DNA from: a virus
Length of the DNA: 64,000 nucleotides
Reading direction: 5' to 3' (one strand)
Virus record (IMG/VR): IMGVR_UViG_3300028840_006010
The notes beneath the pieces are model-generated. The model searched no databases. It had not been told where the DNA came from and saw only the letters and a program-made list of their open reading frames with translations. Shown here one piece after another: positions 1-8,986 of this stretch. The position numbers and the translations under genes are program-made. Within the stretch, counting starts at the first letter, position 1. Every line of letters starts with the position of its first letter.

Positions 1-447
1 TGGCATCATGATACCCGTCAAACGTTTTATTCTTATAGAAATCGTTATTCAAATGACATAGCAGGTGTTGATGCCTGGGTGGAAACGATTCCAGATTTTC
101 ATGGCGGTGGTTACGATGCTGTTGTGTATGATACGGTAAAGGACGATGCAGTGTTAAGCAAACGTTTCGACAATAGAGAAGAAGCGAATGATTGGTTGAT
201 AGCATGGTTAAAAAAGAATATAGAAATAACATCCATCGCAACACATAACGGTAAAATGTTGTATTTAGTAAAAAAATTTGATAAAGTCAAAAAAGGATGG
301 CATAACTTTGAAGTTATACGCAGCTATCATGTTGTGTATTACACGAAAGATAAAATACAGGATACACCTTTTTTCTATAAAGCGGGTGCTAATAGATGGT
401 TAATGAGTTTTTTAGAACGACATCCTGAGTGGAAAATTTTTGAATAA
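1..447 (+). CDS. hypothetical protein, 5'-truncated by the window edge; the frame is open from position 1
   Basis: The ORF 79..447 frame has no stop codon back to nt 1. Ends at TAA 445-447. No recognisable motifs. Confidence 0.5.
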   Translation, partial: WHHDTRQTFYSYRNRYSNDIAGVDAWVETIPDFHGGGYDAVVYDTVKDDAVLSKRFDNREEANDWLIAWLKKNIEITSIATHNGKMLYLVKKFDKVKKGWHNFEVIRSYHVVYYTKDKIQDTPFFYKAGANRWLMSFLERHPEWKIFE

Positions 448-460
448 ACCAAAAAAAATT

Positions 461-556
461 GATACGAGACTTTTCAAAAAAAATTAACACGAGACTTTTC
501 AAAAAATTTTAGTGGGTCTTCCAAAAAAAAATAATGTGGGGACTTTTAAAAAAATA
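461..556. repeat. four imperfect direct repeats (iteron-like), ~19 bp each at ~25-bp spacing: ACGAGACTTTTCAAAAAAA x2, GTGGGTCTTCCAAAAAAAA, GTGGGGACTTTTAAAAAAA
   Basis: Read directly: 464-483, 489-506, 512-531, 536-555. Each ends in an A7-9 tract. Lies between the upstream ORF and the serine recombinase gene. Confidence 0.6.
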
Positions 557-574
557 ATTGGATATTTCATAAGT

Positions 575-583
575 TTTATAAAC
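575..583 (+). promoter_or_regulatory. TATA-box-like element (TTTTATAAA) ~20-25 nt upstream of the recombinase ATG, suggesting a leaderless archaeal-type promoter
   Basis: Sequence TTTTATAAA at 575-583 with ATG at 602. Similar TTTATATA motifs precede other genes (e.g. 9289-9296, 6790-6800). Confidence 0.3.
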
Positions 584-601
584 AGTATATACATTTGAAA
601 A

Positions 602-1180
602 ATGATGGTGGATAAGAGGAAAAAAACGGCCATTTATGTCCGTGTTAGTACATTGGACCAACATCCTGAAAATCAATTATTGGAATTAGAAGAATATGTA
701 AATCTACAACCAGATTTGGAGCTATGGGATATATATGAAGATAAAACGAGTGGAGCGAAAGAATCACGACCTGCTCTTAATCGTTTAATGAATGATGCAA
801 GAAAAAGAAAATTTCAACATGTGGTATTCTGGAAGGTGGATAGATTAGGTAGAAATGCTATACATACACAAACGGTTGTTAACGAGTGGAAAAAACTTGG
901 TATAACATTTACTATAACTACTTTGAATATAGATACTAAGACACCTGCTGGTGAATTTATATTTGCGTTATTTGCTCAATTCGCTCAAATGGAAAGAGCT
1001 TTGATTGTAGAACGAGTAAATGCTGGATTGAATAGAGTTAAAAAAAATATTGAAGATAAAGGCTATCACGTTACTGATGAAGGAAAGAAAATTAAAAAAC
1101 TTGGGAGACCAAAAGGTTCGAAGGATAAAAAGAAGAGGAGAAAAAGCGGATATTATCAAAGATGGGCTAAAAACGAGTAA
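602..1180 (+). CDS. small serine recombinase (resolvase/invertase catalytic domain). The C-terminal HTH is replaced by a basic AT-hook-like tail (KKLGRPKGSKDKKKRRK).
   Basis: N-terminal AIYVRVSTLDQ motif (catalytic Ser), VDRLGRN motif, 192 aa. GRP arm present but no helix-turn-helix after it. Confidence 0.85.
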   Translation: MMVDKRKKTAIYVRVSTLDQHPENQLLELEEYVNLQPDLELWDIYEDKTSGAKESRPALNRLMNDARKRKFQHVVFWKVDRLGRNAIHTQTVVNEWKKLGITFTITTLNIDTKTPAGEFIFALFAQFAQMERALIVERVNAGLNRVKKNIEDKGYHVTDEGKKIKKLGRPKGSKDKKKRRKSGYYQRWAKNE

Positions 1181-1273
1181 ATAATAGACCCCCGTCAGAA
1201 TTGATGTTTTTTTATGATAGCGGACTTGGTTGTAAAAAAACACATATTTATTTACAGGTTTGAGGAAATAAGG

Positions 1274-1396
1274 ATGACTCGTGAAAATGCGGTGATTTAT
1301 GTTAGGGTCTCAACTTCTGAGCAAAAAGCTGAATCTCAAATAAAACCATGTAAAAGTGAAAAGGTGAGGAAAGATGCGAGTACCATTATCCGTTGA
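1274..1396 (+). pseudogene. remnant second copy of the serine-recombinase N-terminus (40 aa, MTRENAVIYVRVSTSEQ...) overlapping the polymerase start
   Basis: Shares the xAIYVRVST(x)Q motif with 602..1180 but terminates after 40 codons. Own SD GAGGAAATAAGG before ATG 1274. Confidence 0.5.
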
Positions 1397-3575
1397 TTCG
1401 GTGGTTCGGCGTAACAAGGAATATTTCGTTATATGGCATAATGGGAAGAAAAAGGAAATACCTGCTCCTATACAACCATATTTTTACACGAAACAAAAAC
1501 TTGATTTACCAAAGGCAGTTGAAGTCAAAAAAGTAAAAGCGAAAGCATTATCAAATCTACAGGAAACATCGTTTTATAAATATTCATTTCAAAACAGAGG
1601 CGACTTGAAGGAATCACGTGGTGATAAAACATTCGAGGATAACATACCTTACATTATCAGGCATCGTATCGATAATCCTGAATTATGGAGGAAGTTCCCT
1701 CATGATAAACCACTCAAATTTCTATTCCTTGATATTGAACAAAAAACAAAGGAAGGAGAAATGTTTCCTACATATGATGATTTAATCACTGCAATATCAT
1801 TTTGTGGTAATGATAGAAAAATACGTTGTGGTTATCTGAAAAAAGATACCACATCAGATAAAAAACTCCTTGAGAAGTTCATCGAGTGGTGGGAGAACTA
1901 TCAACCTGATGTTATAGTCGTATACAACCAGAACTATGATATACCAACGATTCTTGAACGATGTAAACGTAATCGAATCAATACAGCACGTTTATCGAAA
2001 GACAAATCAAAACCACGTGTTGATAAGAACAGTATCACCATACCTGGTGCAACCATCTATGATGCGTATGATTCAGCAGCTCGTGACCAATCACTATCAG
2101 GTAATGTTATCAATCGAGGTTTGAAGGAAGTATCAAATTGGTTTGGTTTCAAAGAGGAACGTAAACCATTAACAGCAAAAGAAATATCAGATTTAACTGG
2201 TACAAAAGACCTTGTCGAATACAACAAGGACGATGTACGCCGTTTGCTTATTTGTTTCGATGTATACTGGCCTAATATTGAATTCAACGCTGATGATTTA
2301 GGTATTCCACTTAGTGAAGCTGTTGATTTACGTGTTGGCAATCTTGGTTTGATTGTTGTAGGTGATGAATACAGAAAACAAGACATCATCGCCGATGGAA
2401 GCAACAGGCAACGATACCCAGATATATTCAATAAAAAACGTGCCAACTATCAAGGAGCGCTTGTCTATCTTGAAAAGGATGGTCGATATGAACCTGTATT
2501 CAAAGCTGATTTTTCCTCGATGTATCCATCAATCATGTCCGAATTTAATTTTAGTCCTGATACAACAACGTTATTAGCATTTGAACCTCGCGGTGAATTC
2601 AAAATTGAACATGATGAACAGTGGGATATTTATTACATACCTGATGAGATTCTTGATAAAAATGTTGTCATACAAGTATCACATAAGGAAGGATTTGCAT
2701 CACGACTTGTAAAAAAATTCCTTCAAGAACGTTCCCAATACAAAAAGAAATGGAAGGAAACAGGCGACCCGATGTTTCGTGCCTTATCTGATAATCGTAA
2801 GGTGAAGGCTAACGGTGGTGTCTATGGTATACAAGGTAGTTCAACACATGCATTTGGATTCGCTCCTATAGCTATTGCTACAACAGGTATAGGTCGTGAA
2901 TGTGCTCGTTTGCTTATTGATTTACTTGATGAGTTATATCCTAATTCTGTACTTGAGGTTGATACTGATGGTGTATACTTCCATACATCAAAAGAATCAT
3001 TTAATAAAAAAGAATTATTCGATACATTCGAGCAACGCATTGTTGATAAGTTTGGCAAAAAATTAGGATTGTCAATTGATGTAGATGAATACGATAAAGG
3101 ATATTTCTACAAAACGAAAAACTACGTTCTTCAAAAAGGAGAAAAACTCATTTATCACGGCGTTGCTATGAAGGCGAGTAACAAGGACCGATTGAATCGT
3201 GAATTGATTCATGACCTTGCTGTTGCAAAATTAAACAAACAATCAACGAAGGAGATTGTCGAAAAATATAACAAGTTGGACTTCCCTCTTAATTACTTCG
3301 CTAAAAATGTCCGACTTGGTAGAAGGCTTAATCAATACACAAATGAAAATGCACTTGCTCCTCGAATGGCGCGACTTGCTGAAGAGTATTTGAATATCAA
3401 ACCGCAAATAGGAAATCAATATTATTATGTAAAAACACTCACGGGATATGAACTGTTTGAACTAGCAAAATTACATGATATAGACCGTGATTATTACTTA
3501 GACGAAATAAAAACCACCTTCGAGATGTTTGGTGTTAAAAAGGAAGCACCATCATTATCGAAATGGGGTATTTGA
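1374..3575 (+). CDS. family B DNA polymerase with 3'-5' exonuclease domain (733 aa; small, virus/plasmid-type, possibly protein-primed)
   Basis: Exo I FLDIE, Exo II YNQNYDIP, Exo III YNKDDVRRL. Motif A DFSSMYPS, motif B KVKANGGVYG, KxY KNY, motif C VLEVDTDGVYF. Confidence 0.9.
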   Translation: MRVPLSVDSVVRRNKEYFVIWHNGKKKEIPAPIQPYFYTKQKLDLPKAVEVKKVKAKALSNLQETSFYKYSFQNRGDLKESRGDKTFEDNIPYIIRHRIDNPELWRKFPHDKPLKFLFLDIEQKTKEGEMFPTYDDLITAISFCGNDRKIRCGYLKKDTTSDKKLLEKFIEWWENYQPDVIVVYNQNYDIPTILERCKRNRINTARLSKDKSKPRVDKNSITIPGATIYDAYDSAARDQSLSGNVINRGLKEVSNWFGFKEERKPLTAKEISDLTGTKDLVEYNKDDVRRLLICFDVYWPNIEFNADDLGIPLSEAVDLRVGNLGLIVVGDEYRKQDIIADGSNRQRYPDIFNKKRANYQGALVYLEKDGRYEPVFKADFSSMYPSIMSEFNFSPDTTTLLAFEPRGEFKIEHDEQWDIYYIPDEILDKNVVIQVSHKEGFASRLVKKFLQERSQYKKKWKETGDPMFRALSDNRKVKANGGVYGIQGSSTHAFGFAPIAIATTGIGRECARLLIDLLDELYPNSVLEVDTDGVYFHTSKESFNKKELFDTFEQRIVDKFGKKLGLSIDVDEYDKGYFYKTKNYVLQKGEKLIYHGVAMKASNKDRLNRELIHDLAVAKLNKQSTKEIVEKYNKLDFPLNYFAKNVRLGRRLNQYTNENALAPRMARLAEEYLNIKPQIGNQYYYVKTLTGYELFELAKLHDIDRDYYLDEIKTTFEMFGVKKEAPSLSKWGI

Positions 3576-3979
3576 AAGGAGAAAATGAAATGACAGATGT
3601 ATATAAACCAAAAGTTCTAACACAAAAAGAATTAGATGAAGGACTCAAGGACCTATTCAAGAAACAAAAGGATGGAGGACCTCAAAAATTTTCACTTACA
3701 CCTAAACCACTACGAGAACAAACAAAAAAATCACCAACGTCAATGCATAAACCAATGTACAATCCAAAACCCTTTTCATTGAAACCAACACCGTTACGTG
3801 AATTAACGAAACCGATGGAACCCGAACCCAAAGAAGAGGAAGAGGAACAGCCATATTGGTCCGCTCATGAATGGGAACAATACTTTTTGGATATGTATCA
3901 TCAATATCCAGATGTACGCCAATATTTACCTGAATGGTTTGTTGATGCTATCGAGGAAGATGAAGGAAACAATCAATGA
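3563..3979 (+). CDS. hypothetical Pro/Lys/Glu-rich protein with internal repeat (FSLTPKPLREQTK / FSLKPTPLRELTK)
   Basis: ORF overlapping the polB stop and the ATPase start; low-complexity. Confidence 0.45.
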   Translation: MGYLKGENEMTDVYKPKVLTQKELDEGLKDLFKKQKDGGPQKFSLTPKPLREQTKKSPTSMHKPMYNPKPFSLKPTPLRELTKPMEPEPKEEEEEQPYWSAHEWEQYFLDMYHQYPDVRQYLPEWFVDAIEEDEGNNQ

Positions 3980-4964
3980 TTTCGTTGGTAAAAATAATTT
4001 CAATACTGTTAACACACTAGCGAAATGGATAGAGAATTATTACTTTCAACATGACATCGTAAGTCAAAACTACGCAATATTAGTTGGTGCTTCAGGTAAC
4101 GGCAAATCATACCTATGTAAATTGTTAGCTGATACGTTCAATGTTGAATTGTTCCGTATCACACCAAATGATATTACATCAATGCAGGATATGTATGATA
4201 TTATCAAATCGATAAATATCAAAACACTCGATAGCAAAGCACATAAAATCATACTCGTGGATGATTTTGATGACTACTCAAAAACGTATAGGAAAGGATT
4301 ACTCGAGATAGGACAAATATCTCGATATCCTGTTATTTATGCTATGAAGCGCTATCCATCTGGTATGAAGGACTTTATCGAAAATTCTTTGAAGCGCAAT
4401 AAAAAATTATTGTATGTAAAAAAGCCGTTAACCTCAGACTTAATGAAAAAATTTAACGGTAAAATAGATAACGATAAACTGCAAGACCTTATCGAGAAAT
4501 CTGTTAGTTATCGTGGTGTAGAATTAGGATTAAAATCAGGTGCAAATGAACTGATTGAATCCGATGAAAATGTTTTCCAATACTTCGATTCCATCAAGAA
4601 TCGAAACATGAAACAACCAGTCACTAGAAAGAATATCAAACTAATATTTGATTCTCTTAGTGGTAGTAAAGGCACTGGCAAATCGATATTGATGGTACGT
4701 CAAGCGTTGAATGATTATTGTTATCGTACTCATGTTCAATACGAGGAAATCGAACCTTTTGAATTGAATAATGCTGATATTCCTATCGAGAGGATGTCGT
4801 TTAAGCCCGTCTTTAAAAAACGTAATGGTAATAATAAAAAACATAATAAACAAAAAACATCATCACGTAAAAAAAGAGTACCGACTATTGAAAAAACGAA
4901 AGTTGAAGATGTTAAAACTGAAACGAAACCAAAACCGAAATCATCACTCAATAAATGGTTCTGA
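3960..4964 (+). CDS. P-loop NTPase, SF3 (D5/P4-type) helicase-like ATPase. Start placed at MKETINDF rather than the longer ORF-track start 3867.
   Basis: Walker A VGASGNGKSYL (the GxGxNGKS pattern typical of SF3 helicases), Walker B IILVDDFDD. The ORF-track N-terminal extension overlaps the upstream gene and looks non-protein-like. Confidence 0.6.
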   Translation: MKETINDFVGKNNFNTVNTLAKWIENYYFQHDIVSQNYAILVGASGNGKSYLCKLLADTFNVELFRITPNDITSMQDMYDIIKSINIKTLDSKAHKIILVDDFDDYSKTYRKGLLEIGQISRYPVIYAMKRYPSGMKDFIENSLKRNKKLLYVKKPLTSDLMKKFNGKIDNDKLQDLIEKSVSYRGVELGLKSGANELIESDENVFQYFDSIKNRNMKQPVTRKNIKLIFDSLSGSKGTGKSILMVRQALNDYCYRTHVQYEEIEPFELNNADIPIERMSFKPVFKKRNGNNKKHNKQKTSSRKKRVPTIEKTKVEDVKTETKPKPKSSLNKWF

Positions 4965-5099
4965 CCTTATACAGGTATAGTGGCCTTTTTGGCGAGTCAG
5001 TTTTTGAGGTCATCCATAGTCTATACCTGGAGGATATCATAACCGTTTCTCGAAGGAGATAACACATACTATTAAATATCGCATCGAATATTCTTACAT

Positions 5100-5333
5100 G
5101 TGAAAATCGCTAAGATACAAGAAAAAATCATCTCCAAGTTTGAGTCTCTTAGTGATAAGCAAAAACGCATGTTCCTTTTGTTACCACGCATTGTTATACT
5201 GATGTTGTTCACGATATACTTCTCGAACTATGTGCGTTCAAGACTTGACCTGTATTGGTTTATCATAGGGATTACATTGCTGTCTTTCTTTTTGTTTGTA
5301 ATTCCACTAAAATTGTTCTTCAAACAAGGATAG
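5100..5333 (+). CDS. small hypothetical membrane protein
   Basis: Two hydrophobic helices; weak. Confidence 0.3.
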   Translation: MKIAKIQEKIISKFESLSDKQKRMFLLLPRIVILMLFTIYFSNYVRSRLDLYWFIIGITLLSFFLFVIPLKLFFKQG

Positions 5334-5705
5334 TTATATATTGTTATATTTTTTTTTGAATCTGGATATTGATTTACACCTCTCTTTTTGAAAAATGAAA
5401 AATCAATTTTTGAGTTTTTTTCTTTTTTACTTTGTGCTGGTTCTCACGAAGACGTTATATCAAGTTCAAGAGAAGAGATATAATTTATATTTAGAGAGAG
5501 TGTCTACCGTATATCTGACATCGGACATATATTTGTTTTTCGACAATTACAATGCTGGAGGATTTGACGTTATTCGATGTTACTATAGAACTGAGATAAA
5601 TCTTCAATTTTAGTTATTACGCTATACGATATATGTATATGAAAAAGAAGGGGAGTTCAAAAAAAATTAAATTTATAAAGTTATAACGTTTAATATTAAT
5701 TGTTT

Positions 5706-5832
5706 CTGCTTAACTAAGTAAATGTTGTTAATTTACTACCTTTACTAAGTTAACGTATCTGCTTAACTAAGTAAATGTTGTTAATTTACTACCTTTACTA
5801 AGTTAACGTATCTGCTTAACTAAGTAATGTTA
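5706..5832. repeat. 53-bp tandem direct repeat, 2.4 copies (CTGCTTAACTAAGTAAATGTTGTTAATTTACTACCTTTACTAAGTTAACGTAT). Each unit has an imperfect 12-bp inverted repeat (TAACTAAGTAAA / TTTACTAAGTTA).
   Basis: Copies at 5706-5758 and 5759-5811 are identical; third partial copy 5812-~5832. TATA-like AATTTATAAAG at 5672-5682 lies just upstream. Confidence 0.8.
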
Positions 5833-5862
5833 TTTACGTAACAACAATAAATTTTAATGTCA

Positions 5863-6273
5863 TTAGCTTAACCAATCATCTAAACTAGTACTTTTTTTAG
5901 GTTTATAACTTAAAATAAGGTCTCTTGCTATTAACGTATTCATGTATTTCCAATGTTCCCCATCGTCAGATACCTTTGCAATAACACCCATATCATATAG
6001 TTGTTTGACATCACGTAGGGTTCCTATTTTTTTCAATTCATTAATCGTTCTATGTTTACGCATCAATGCTCGTAATATCTTAATGTTTTCAGGTGTATGT
6101 ACCTTCTTTTCATCAAAACATTTCGGCATGTCTTTTAACATAATAATCAAAATGCTCAATGGGATTATTAAGTTTTTTATAGTAGCAATTCGTTTATATT
6201 TTTTGTTATAAGAGATTTGGGAGTCCATGTAAAATTCCGTTGCAAGGTTAGAAAAATGGTTAACCGGAAACAC
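5863..6273 (-). CDS. hypothetical protein (possible winged-helix DNA-binding protein)
   Basis: 136-aa ORF on the minus strand, divergent from 6346..6759. Basic helical C-terminal half. Confidence 0.4.
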   Translation of the reverse strand: MFPVNHFSNLATEFYMDSQISYNKKYKRIATIKNLIIPLSILIIMLKDMPKCFDEKKVHTPENIKILRALMRKHRTINELKKIGTLRDVKQLYDMGVIAKVSDDGEHWKYMNTLIARDLILSYKPKKSTSLDDWLS

Positions 6274-6345
6274 TGTGCTCGGTCTTGGCTACTCCTGAAT
6301 CTTTTCAAAAAAATTTTAAATATATGTTTTGTGTTATAAAAATGA

Positions 6346-6759
6346 ATGACACGTGTAAATCTAATACCACCTTATCAATTAGCTGACCAACACCTTTTAG
6401 CAGAGAACCATGAAATAAGTGGTATGTTGGGTTTTTATCGAAAAAACATGAACAAACAATACAAGCAAGGACATCACTTAAAACGTGTAGTTCCTTATTT
6501 TCATGATAAACTCTTATACATACAGAAGCGTTTTAATGCAGTACAACATGAAATGCGTGAACGAAATTTTAACGCTAACGTAGTCATCGATTTTGATGTA
6601 TACGACACATCATTGATGAATGATTGGGAACCTACAGAAAAACAAGTACAAGACCTTATAGAACGCATCATATTACGATTGCACGAAAAACCAGATTTTT
6701 ATAGGTATTGTGGGGTTATTCAACCTACTGAGTTCTTTTTACATTTAATGAAACTTTGA
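6346..6759 (+). CDS. hypothetical protein
   Basis: 137-aa ORF. Confidence 0.5.
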   Translation: MTRVNLIPPYQLADQHLLAENHEISGMLGFYRKNMNKQYKQGHHLKRVVPYFHDKLLYIQKRFNAVQHEMRERNFNANVVIDFDVYDTSLMNDWEPTEKQVQDLIERIILRLHEKPDFYRYCGVIQPTEFFLHLMKL

Positions 6760-6879
6760 TTATTTATTAAATTATATAAACTCGTTTTGCATTCTATATA
6801 TTAAGGTGGTGAGGCAGGGAAAAGGTGGGTTCTTTCCTATTCAAACCCCTTCTTCCCTGTATTCACAATATTAGGAGAT

Positions 6880-7158
6880 ATGTACATGGACCCTGTAGTT
6901 TTATTGAACACGATAGCTGGTTTTCTGTGGGCTATAGTAGGCATCATTGGCGGTGTTCTCGTCATTTGGTTCCTATGGCAAATCCTACAAGTCGGAAGGA
7001 ATATACGCGAATACGGCGTTGATTATGTTGGTTTCCTCAGAGGAGAAATCCAATTAGCTGCCGATGAAGAAGGCATTGAAATTTTGAGACCAACGAAAGG
7101 AATCAAAGACCGTAGAAGTCGCATAAAGAGAATTATCGACAAAAAGGATACGAAATAA
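6880..7158 (+). CDS. small membrane protein
   Basis: AGGAGA SD before ATG. N-terminal TM helix AGFLWAIVGIIGGVLVIWFLW, basic C-terminus. Preceded by TATA-like TATATATTA at 6790-6800. Confidence 0.55.
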   Translation: MYMDPVVLLNTIAGFLWAIVGIIGGVLVIWFLWQILQVGRNIREYGVDYVGFLRGEIQLAADEEGIEILRPTKGIKDRRSRIKRIIDKKDTK

Positions 7159-7315
7159 TTAAAAACTTCATACGATATGTCATTATGGGTAGTGAGACTG
7201 AAAATCCATTCATATCCCATAACAATCCATCTCACTACCTACAATGGCCTTTTTTTATATAGTATTATTATTTTTAACGAAATATTTTTATATGATAAAT
7301 GTATAATATTTTATC

Positions 7316-7669
7316 ATGGGTTATTGTTTCATGACCGGTCGTCTTAAAAACGGACGAATCGTATTTGATAAGTGTAAAGGAAACACATCAATATGTGTTG
7401 TTGATTTTCCAACAAAGGATGAACAGGATAATTGTAAAAAAATACGTGATAAAAGTCCTGATACAATATCATTTTTACCTTATAGTGATATCAAAAGATG
7501 TCATGAATGTGTCGAGTATACACCTGATTATAAAACAGCTTTGATAGTTTTTAAAACTTGGTTGTTAGTACACAAAGACGATATCATAAAAGGTGAATAT
7601 GATGATAACACAAAAACCTGTCTTGCGTGGGCAGAACTCGATATTGGAGATTTCAAAAAAATTAAATAA
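7316..7669 (+). CDS. hypothetical Cys-rich protein
   Basis: 117-aa ORF. Confidence 0.45.
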   Translation: MGYCFMTGRLKNGRIVFDKCKGNTSICVVDFPTKDEQDNCKKIRDKSPDTISFLPYSDIKRCHECVEYTPDYKTALIVFKTWLLVHKDDIIKGEYDDNTKTCLAWAELDIGDFKKIK

Positions 7670-8113
7670 TGATATTTTATTCGTTTTGTAAGAAGCGTGT
7701 ATGTACTCTGTTTTAGCTCTCAGATTTTTTACACGCTTCTTATCATCCCATATTTAATGTTAATTAACAATTAATAAATATCATATAAACGTTATTAATG
7801 TTAAAGGAGGCTGAGGAAAGATTGTTTAATATTAAATTAAGGGTGGAAAGGTTGAGAGGACAATTTTTTATTCTAGAAGCAAGGCCAATGCCTCCCCCCT
7901 TGCCCTCTTCTAAATACGTCTTCTCAATCCCATAATCCATAACATTTAAATCAGCATTTTTCATTACACGTAGTATGCCTGTTGAATTTACAGAATTTCG
8001 AGGAAACCCATTGATTGTTTTGAAACAACATGAAGAAGATGAACATCCTTTTAGATTTGGTTTGAAAAAGGCAAAACTTATCATAGATAATATAGAAGCA
8101 ATCAAGGAATTTA

Positions 8114-8374
8114 TTGCCGAAAACGAATAAAAAAAATTTATATAGTAACAAATATATAATCATATGTATGCAAAAAAGGCACATGATTGATGTTTATCGA
8201 GTGTTAAAAGAATTGAAAAATAACGGAATAAATTCAATTGATGGTTATGAATTAAAAAAAATGTTGAACGAAAAAAACATCAATATTTGTGATGATGACC
8301 TTGATAAAACTCTCGATTTGATGGAATTAAATGGTTATATACGAGGTACATATGTATCAGATAAAGAAATGTAG
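8114..8374 (+). CDS. small hypothetical protein (possible wHTH)
   Basis: 86-aa ORF. Confidence 0.4.
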   Translation: MPKTNKKNLYSNKYIIICMQKRHMIDVYRVLKELKNNGINSIDGYELKKMLNEKNINICDDDLDKTLDLMELNGYIRGTYVSDKEM

Positions 8375-8526
8375 AATTTGTAACAAACATGTTCATGTGC
8401 ATAAAAAACACCATCATTTTGTTGTTAAAGATTGTTGTGAACATATTGACTCAGAAAAATCTTATTCACAACATGAAATTGATAAAATAACAATGCGGTG
8501 ATATTATTTTAAAAGCGTCAAATGTT

Positions 8527-8766
8527 ATGGCTCGAATGTTGTTGTCAGTTATAACAGGCGCTATGACAGGATGGAGTATATCACAAATAATTATACTATA
8601 TCCTTTACCATTAATACATCTTATCGCTTATTTGCTATTATCAATACCTGGTATTGTATATCTATTATATCTTTATTCTTATAACAAAAAACTTAAAAAA
8701 TTAATTGAACAGGAACTTTTTGAAATAGAACAAGAAATAAAAAAATTGAGGGAGACCCATGAATAA
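8527..8766 (+). CDS. small membrane protein
   Basis: Two TM helices plus a coiled-coil tail. Confidence 0.45.
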   Translation: MARMLLSVITGAMTGWSISQIIILYPLPLIHLIAYLLLSIPGIVYLLYLYSYNKKLKKLIEQELFEIEQEIKKLRETHE

Positions 8767-8986
8767 ACGAGTGTATCCATTAACGTTCCAAATCATCATG
8801 TTAATAATATTGAATGTAATGGCACAATTAAATTATCTAACATTTAGTGAAGTTATGCTGTCAATTACATGTGTGACGTTGTTTGCTTTTTGGATGTTAG
8901 AAAAAATTTATTCCCATGAGATTAAAAAATTACTTAATGATGCAATAGCTTTTCTTGAAAAAATAAGAAACGCTACAAAAGATTGA
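8759..8986 (+). CDS. small membrane protein
   Basis: Overlaps the previous stop; two TM helices. Confidence 0.45.
   Translation: MNKRVYPLTFQIIMLIILNVMAQLNYLTFSEVMLSITCVTLFAFWMLEKIYSHEIKKLLNDAIAFLEKIRNATKD

Noticed and set aside
3867-3959. N-terminal 31 codons of the ORF-track ATPase (MNGNNTFWICIINIQMYANIYLNGLLMLSRK)
   Set aside because: They overlap the upstream gene and have a non-protein-like hydrophobic composition. Start at ATG 3960 (MKETINDF) right before the Walker A region is more plausible.
5706-5832. Possible mini-CRISPR array
   Set aside because: The 53-bp units are identical to each other with no interspersed unique spacers, and the unit is too long for a repeat plus spacer. No cas genes in the window.
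6825-7022. ORF MGSFLFKPLL... with SD-like GGTGGTGAGG upstream
   Set aside because: Cys/His/Arg-rich out-of-frame-like translation overlapping the well-supported membrane-protein gene 6880..7158. The GGTGGTGAGG motif lies between a TATA-like box and the real gene and is probably part of that gene's leader.
7764-8184. Minus-strand ORFs 7764..8105 and 7951..8184
   Set aside because: Low-complexity translations across a GC-rich structured non-coding island. No start context. The region is more likely non-coding RNA or regulatory.
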